Positions 59,635 to 64,000 of a DNA stretch of 64,000 nucleotides are shown one piece after another; within the stretch, counting starts at the first letter, position 1, and every line of letters begins with the position of its first letter. The notes beneath the pieces were generated by a model that saw only the letters and a list, made by a program, of their open reading frames with translations, was not told the DNA's origin and did not search any database. Location: positions 398,199-462,198 of the forward strand of contig CP070993.1 in NCBI GenBank assembly GCA_017134395.1. The letters run 5' to 3'. The translations under genes and the position numbers were made by a program. Source of the DNA: Candidatus Kaiserbacteria bacterium (GTDB lineage: Bacteria; Patescibacteriota; Minisyncoccia; Phycocordibacterales; UBA2100).

Positions 59635-59973
59635 TTACCTTCCAGGATCGATAATCTGCGTTGGCTTTTGCTTTAAATTATCCAGTTCTACAACCTTCAT
59701 TCGGTATGTATCTAATGATTCTTGTAAGTCTGTTCTGTTTATTGTAGACGCTTTTGTCATCTGGTTAAAGATGTCATCCCCTTGCGCAGACACGCTTCGA
59801 AATACAATCCACGCAGCACTGACATTAAGTATTGTCACGATAAGGCCAATGAGCATAATGATGTACCAATGCACTGCAGGCTCTGGCGTTTTGCGTAACA
59901 CAGTAGCCAGATTTTCAATAGCTTTATATCGCTTTAGTCTCTTATATACGTTTGTAAAAGTTGAGGTAGCCAT
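59635..59973 (-). CDS. Membrane protein of pilus operon
   Basis: Single TM, last gene of pilM-N-O-like run. Confidence 0.6.
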   Translation of the reverse strand: MATSTFTNVYKRLKRYKAIENLATVLRKTPEPAVHWYIIMLIGLIVTILNVSAAWIVFRSVSAQGDDIFNQMTKASTINRTDLQESLDTYRMKVVELDNLKQKPTQIIDPGR

Positions 59974-59975
59974 AC

Positions 59976-60530
59976 TTATATAGTTTCAATAGTAGCAGCT
60001 TGTAATACAGTTACATTGAATACGCCGTTCCATGAAAAGTCTGTTGGATGTTGCGTGAGTGATACCCGTTCAAATGTAAGTGCCTTAGGGTACACTTCGA
60101 GTAACGAAAGTGTGTAAAAGACTTGCTGGAGTGTACCTGTACTACTGAGCGTTAGCTCAAGCGGAATTATACTTTCATCTTTATCGATGGCTTCTTCAAC
60201 ACTCACTGTGCGAACATCAATAACTGCTCCCGCGTGTTCACCAAGATTTTCGATGTCCTCAAGAAACGCTACGATTTCTTTTTCAGCAAGAAAATAGGTA
60301 TTAAGTTCACCTATTTGCTCCTGCGTATCACGAACAATTCTCCGCACAGTTTGTGTATGTGCATTTTGTGTAGCAAGTATCTGTGCTTCCTCGGCCGATG
60401 CCGAAACCTGTGTCAGTGTTGCGCGCACTTCAAGGAAAAGCCATATATACATGAAACTAGATGCAAATACCGCGAAGACGCCAACGCTGACAAGAATGAT
60501 GAGAAGTGTATTTGGTCGTTCGTTTTTCAT
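59976..60530 (-). CDS. PilO-like type IV pilus protein
   Basis: TM + coiled coil + FLE.IE.L...G.......L..LE..P; synteny. Confidence 0.6.
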   Translation of the reverse strand: MKNERPNTLLIILVSVGVFAVFASSFMYIWLFLEVRATLTQVSASAEEAQILATQNAHTQTVRRIVRDTQEQIGELNTYFLAEKEIVAFLEDIENLGEHAGAVIDVRTVSVEEAIDKDESIIPLELTLSSTGTLQQVFYTLSLLEVYPKALTFERVSLTQHPTDFSWNGVFNVTVLQAATIETI

Positions 60531-60531
60531 A

Positions 60532-61083
60532 TTATTTTTCGATTTCAAGCGTTACAGAAAACACAATGGTGTCACCGCCTGCTAAGTCTGATACAGGAAA
60601 TGAAACGTTATAAAACGCTGAGTCGGCACGAAGTGTTTGAACAAACTCGTTAAGCGACGCCCTGTCTTTTGCTTCTCCTGAAACCCGCAGTTCAACTGGG
60701 GCATCTTTGGCACGAAACATGCTGTACGTGAAATTAGTGATGATTATATCTTGCGCGTGTACTTCCCAATCTCGCATAACATATTCAATGGCTCGTGTTG
60801 GACTAACGCCTTTGTTCGTAAGCAATTCGTCTATCTGCACATTAACCATTCGAGTCGTAGCAAGCGCGGTGTCTTTTTTTGCGACTTCACGTGTCTCACT
60901 TTGAAGTTCTTGGTACCGTATAACCTCATTCAAATCTGTTCGTGCTGAAAGATATGCCGGAATAAGTGAAACTGTTCCAATAGTTATAGCGGCAGTGAGC
61001 ATAAAAGTAAGTGTGACGATTACACGCAGCCAGTAATTTCGGCGGAGTGTTTCTCTTTCTTTTTGTGGTAATACGTTTGCCAT
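60532..61083 (-). CDS. PilN-like type IV pilus protein
   Basis: MAN.LP start, TM, VSGEA..R.SL..F...L. Confidence 0.7.
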   Translation of the reverse strand: MANVLPQKERETLRRNYWLRVIVTLTFMLTAAITIGTVSLIPAYLSARTDLNEVIRYQELQSETREVAKKDTALATTRMVNVQIDELLTNKGVSPTRAIEYVMRDWEVHAQDIIITNFTYSMFRAKDAPVELRVSGEAKDRASLNEFVQTLRADSAFYNVSFPVSDLAGGDTIVFSVTLEIEK

Positions 61084-61085
61084 AG

Positions 61086-62171
61086 CTACATTACATCACG
61101 CAATAAGAGCCCCGCTGAAGCCGCAGCTTGCCATGAGATAGTTCTCGAGATTTTTGGTATATGTGTATTTAAATCGAACATGTTTCCCCATACATTTCCC
61201 ACTTGCACAGGCACCTGCAACACTGCCGATACTTGTTCAGGAAGCCCTTTTAACCCCACCGCTCCACCGCAAAGAAAAATGCGCTCAATTCCTGCAATAC
61301 GATTTCCTTCTTCATCTCGCCGTGTATCCCAATACCTATAGTGCCTTCTGATTTCATCGATGAGTGCGTTCGTTGTATCCGTAAGTGTTTTTTTGAGGGC
61401 TTCGTCTTCACAATCTTCAAGACCTTGCGTTCTTTTTATTTCATCCGCTTCTTCTTCTGAAACATTAAATTGAGCAATAATTGCTTCGGTCAGCACGTTT
61501 CCACCAATTTTCACTGTCGTACTAAAAATAGGTATCTGCCCGAGTGCAATGGTAATACCTGTGCGTGTGCGGCCAAAATCAATAACCATGGAAACGCTCT
61601 TTGAGCCTACTGGAATAATGGAGCGTGCAATCGACTGATCTTCTAATTCAAAGCTTTTTACCTGAAAGCCGCTGTCTTCAAATGCTTGTTTGTACGTTTC
61701 AATCACATCTTTGGGGAAAACAGTCACGCTTACTTCCGTTACATTTCCCTGCTGTCTAATAACGTCATAATTAAACACTGCGTTATCAGATGGAATTGGT
61801 GCGTGTTCGCTGAGAGAAAACTCAACGACCTGCAAAATATCTTTTTGCTTATGCGCTGTTGGTACTTCAATGGTATACAGATACGCGTGTTCTTCAGGTA
61901 GAGATACATTTGCAAAATTTCGTCCGTGTCGTTCTTTTAATTCTCGTAAAGCGTCGCTTAATTGTGCACGATCTTGTACTACACCCTCAACAACAACACC
62001 GTTTGGTAAACGAACAACATCAAAAACACGTGGCACAAGACCAGCAGATGAATACGTAGCGTCGAGATACTTTATTGACGTGTCAGAAATATCTATACCA
62101 GCAGCAGGCATGGCTAAAAACTCTGGTGGCGGAAAGAGCGCTGCAATCCTGTTTGTGTGCAGACCTTGCAT
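61086..62171 (-). CDS. pilM: Type IV pilus assembly protein PilM
   Basis: GIDISD.SIK, IDFG..RT, GG..LT.AI, LCGG. Confidence 0.88.
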   Translation of the reverse strand: MQGLHTNRIAALFPPPEFLAMPAAGIDISDTSIKYLDATYSSAGLVPRVFDVVRLPNGVVVEGVVQDRAQLSDALRELKERHGRNFANVSLPEEHAYLYTIEVPTAHKQKDILQVVEFSLSEHAPIPSDNAVFNYDVIRQQGNVTEVSVTVFPKDVIETYKQAFEDSGFQVKSFELEDQSIARSIIPVGSKSVSMVIDFGRTRTGITIALGQIPIFSTTVKIGGNVLTEAIIAQFNVSEEEADEIKRTQGLEDCEDEALKKTLTDTTNALIDEIRRHYRYWDTRRDEEGNRIAGIERIFLCGGAVGLKGLPEQVSAVLQVPVQVGNVWGNMFDLNTHIPKISRTISWQAAASAGLLLRDVM

Positions 62172-62224
62172 ATTGCATAAGTATACCATCCACCAAGAGC
62201 TCGTCAGATGTTATACACGAATTG

Positions 62225-62812
62225 CTATTGGAAAAACATGAAGCCTGCGAATAGTGCAAGAACAACAATCCCTGCTACGGTTGTGTAGAACCAAAACTTT
62301 CTCATGATGTGCTCTGCGTGTTGTCCAAATACTCGGGCAACGTAAGCGATAAGAAGATAGCGAGCACTACGACCAATGATTGTTGCGATTAGAAATGCGA
62401 ATATGTTTGCTTTGGTGAACCCGGCAGCGAGTACTGCAACCTTAAACGGTATCGGAGTAAACGCTGCAGTTAATGTAAACACAAACACTCCTTCGTGAAT
62501 CACAGTTGTAGCTTGAGCCATGTACTCGTGTAACCCATAAAAATCTACAACTCGTATCCCAACTGTATCAAAAAGAAGCCATCCTAATACGTACCCAGCG
62601 ACCGCACCAAGAATGGAAGCGACTGAGGCAATGGTCGCATAACGAATCCACCGCTCTTTGTGCACAAAAACCATCGCTGCTAAAAGCGGGTCTGGCGGAA
62701 TAACAAACACGCAGCTTTCGGTAAAAGAAAGCACCCCGAGCCACGCACGTGCATACACATTGTCTGCCTTTTTTGAAAACCAATCGCGACTGCTGCGTAG
62801 GTATTCTTCCAT
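62225..62812 (-). CDS. YqaA/DedA (VTT domain) membrane protein
   Basis: SFTES..F.IPPD.LL, FTPIPFKV. Confidence 0.88.
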   Translation of the reverse strand: MEEYLRSSRDWFSKKADNVYARAWLGVLSFTESCVFVIPPDPLLAAMVFVHKERWIRYATIASVASILGAVAGYVLGWLLFDTVGIRVVDFYGLHEYMAQATTVIHEGVFVFTLTAAFTPIPFKVAVLAAGFTKANIFAFLIATIIGRSARYLLIAYVARVFGQHAEHIMRKFWFYTTVAGIVVLALFAGFMFFQ

Positions 62813-62813
62813 A

Positions 62814-63146
62814 TTACTTTCCTGAAGTACCTGCGGGGACCTCTTTATCGGGATGTAATAGTGCAAACTCTTCTCCTTCTCCTAACGCGAGAAGCATTCC
62901 GTTACTCTCTACTCCCTTAATTGTTCTTGGTGCAAGATTTAAAATGTACGGTAATTGTTTTCCAACCAAATCTTCTGCCTCTCGTACGTGCGCGATACCA
63001 GAGACTATAGTTCGGGGTTCTTCTTCACCAACATCGACTGTGCATTCGATTAACTTGTCGGTTTCAGGAACTCGTTGAGCTTCTAATATCGTTCCGAGGC
63101 GAATATCAAGTTTTGTAAAGTCATCGATAGTAATAGTTTCTTTCAT
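62814..63146 (-). CDS. Stand-alone tRNA-binding OB domain (MetRS C-terminal/Trbp111-like)
   Basis: ITIDDF.KLDIR.G, RTIVSGI, NL.PR...GVES.GMLLA. Confidence 0.88.
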   Translation of the reverse strand: MKETITIDDFTKLDIRLGTILEAQRVPETDKLIECTVDVGEEEPRTIVSGIAHVREAEDLVGKQLPYILNLAPRTIKGVESNGMLLALGEGEEFALLHPDKEVPAGTSGK

Positions 63147-63157
63147 AGGTATGTATA

Positions 63158-63541
63158 TTAAGCTTCGTTTTGTTTCTTATCAAGAAAACTTTGCAAAATA
63201 AGAGCGGCAGCGGCAGCATCAGCCATTGCATCTTCTGTATTTCGCTTTGCTTGAAACGTGGTTAAAAATTCTGGTTCAAGATAGACGTGTAATCCACTTT
63301 GCTCAAAGATGTCTTTAAACGCATGTGCCTGTCCCATGATGGGGTTTTCGCTTCCGTCCATCGCTAATGAGTGCCCAATTACTAGAGCTTCTACGCCATT
63401 AACTTCAATGAGCTCTTTTACTGTATCAAACAGCGCTTCGTCGTTCGGTAGTACAGAGTGTGGGAATGCTAAAGACCCCCCGTCATCTGAAAATGCCAAC
63501 CCAACTTTCTTTGATCCATAATCTACGCCTAAGTATTTCAT
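63158..63541 (-). CDS. ruvX: YqgF/RuvX family nuclease
   Basis: LGVDYGSKKVGLAFSD, E..TT, D..AAALILQSFLD. Confidence 0.88.
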   Translation of the reverse strand: MKYLGVDYGSKKVGLAFSDDGGSLAFPHSVLPNDEALFDTVKELIEVNGVEALVIGHSLAMDGSENPIMGQAHAFKDIFEQSGLHVYLEPEFLTTFQAKRNTEDAMADAAAAALILQSFLDKKQNEA

Positions 63542-63556
63542 ACGTCTACAATACCA

Positions 63557-63793
63557 CTACTGTGTGGATGCGTCGTCTTCGTCCTCAGGTTCTTTTTTAT
63601 CGTTCCTTTTAGCAATCGCGAAAATATAAATGATTTCGAGAATCGCCAGTGTGTTCAGCACAAGAAGCGCGACAAACCATACCTTCTCACCACGACGTGC
63701 TGCAAGCCATAGCGCCCATGCAGTCCATGGAAGTGTCCATAGTAACGACAATATAAGAATTAAAAATGTATCCCCTCCAAAAATATCTATCAT
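63557..63793 (-). CDS. Small membrane protein (DUF5652-like)
   Basis: W.LPW...ALW.AARR..K.WF...L..NT..ILEI.YIF. Confidence 0.75.
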   Translation of the reverse strand: MIDIFGGDTFLILILSLLWTLPWTAWALWLAARRGEKVWFVALLVLNTLAILEIIYIFAIAKRNDKKEPEDEDDASTQ

Positions 63794-63817
63794 ATACCTA
63801 CAATACTATCATAAAGA

Positions 63818-64000
63818 CTAATTAAACCCTCCCACATATTCCCCAAGTTTTAGGCCATATGCAGCACTCCACACATCAACGTTTATGCACTCTCCGTTTT
63901 GCATTGTTACCTCTAGGTATTGATGCGGTGATATGTACCACACCAATGTCCACTTACTTTGTATGTCTTCATTCTTAAAGAACCCACTTTTAACTAACAA
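63818..64000 (-). CDS. C-terminal end of a hypothetical protein (runs off window)
   Basis: Open frame to window edge; SPHQYL...DVW pattern. Confidence 0.5.
   Translation of the reverse strand: MLVKSGFFKNEDIQSKWTLVWYISPHQYLEVTMQNGECINVDVWSAAYGLKLGEYVGGFN

Noticed and set aside
62814-63146. Split MetRS (separate tRNA-binding domain) as a novelty
   Set aside because: Stand-alone Trbp111/MetRS-beta domains are well known

Overview
Chromosomal segment of a Candidate Phyla Radiation (Patescibacteria, Parcubacteria-like) bacterium. The lineage is inferred from gene content: short class-II GlyRS, pilM/N/O cluster, S-layer-like protein, rplK without rplA, and an intron-containing 23S rRNA. Most genes are on the minus strand. 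Content: a 16S-unlinked 23S-5S rRNA unit with an ORF-less group I intron at L2500; four tRNAs (His, Leu, Val, Arg); translation genes (rplJ/L/K/S, rpsF/R, efp, metG, glyQS, ileS, argS); ftsK-recA; a thymidylate-cycle cluster; secD/secE/nusG; type IV pilus genes. Most striking unexplained signals: (1) a ~137-nt tRNA-shaped RNA in the 23S-5S spacer, enclosed by a perfect 20-bp stem, carrying an exact 25-nt copy of 23S helix 69; (2) 14 copies of TGTCCNTWA in and upstream of a four-helix-bundle/winged-helix gene divergent from ftsK; (3) a ~575-nt structured S-layer leader with rRNA-type boxA; (4) a peptidase gene flanked by 79-bp direct repeats beside tRNA-Arg/HNH. All calls were made by eye; no searches or folding programs were run, and RNA ends are approximate.
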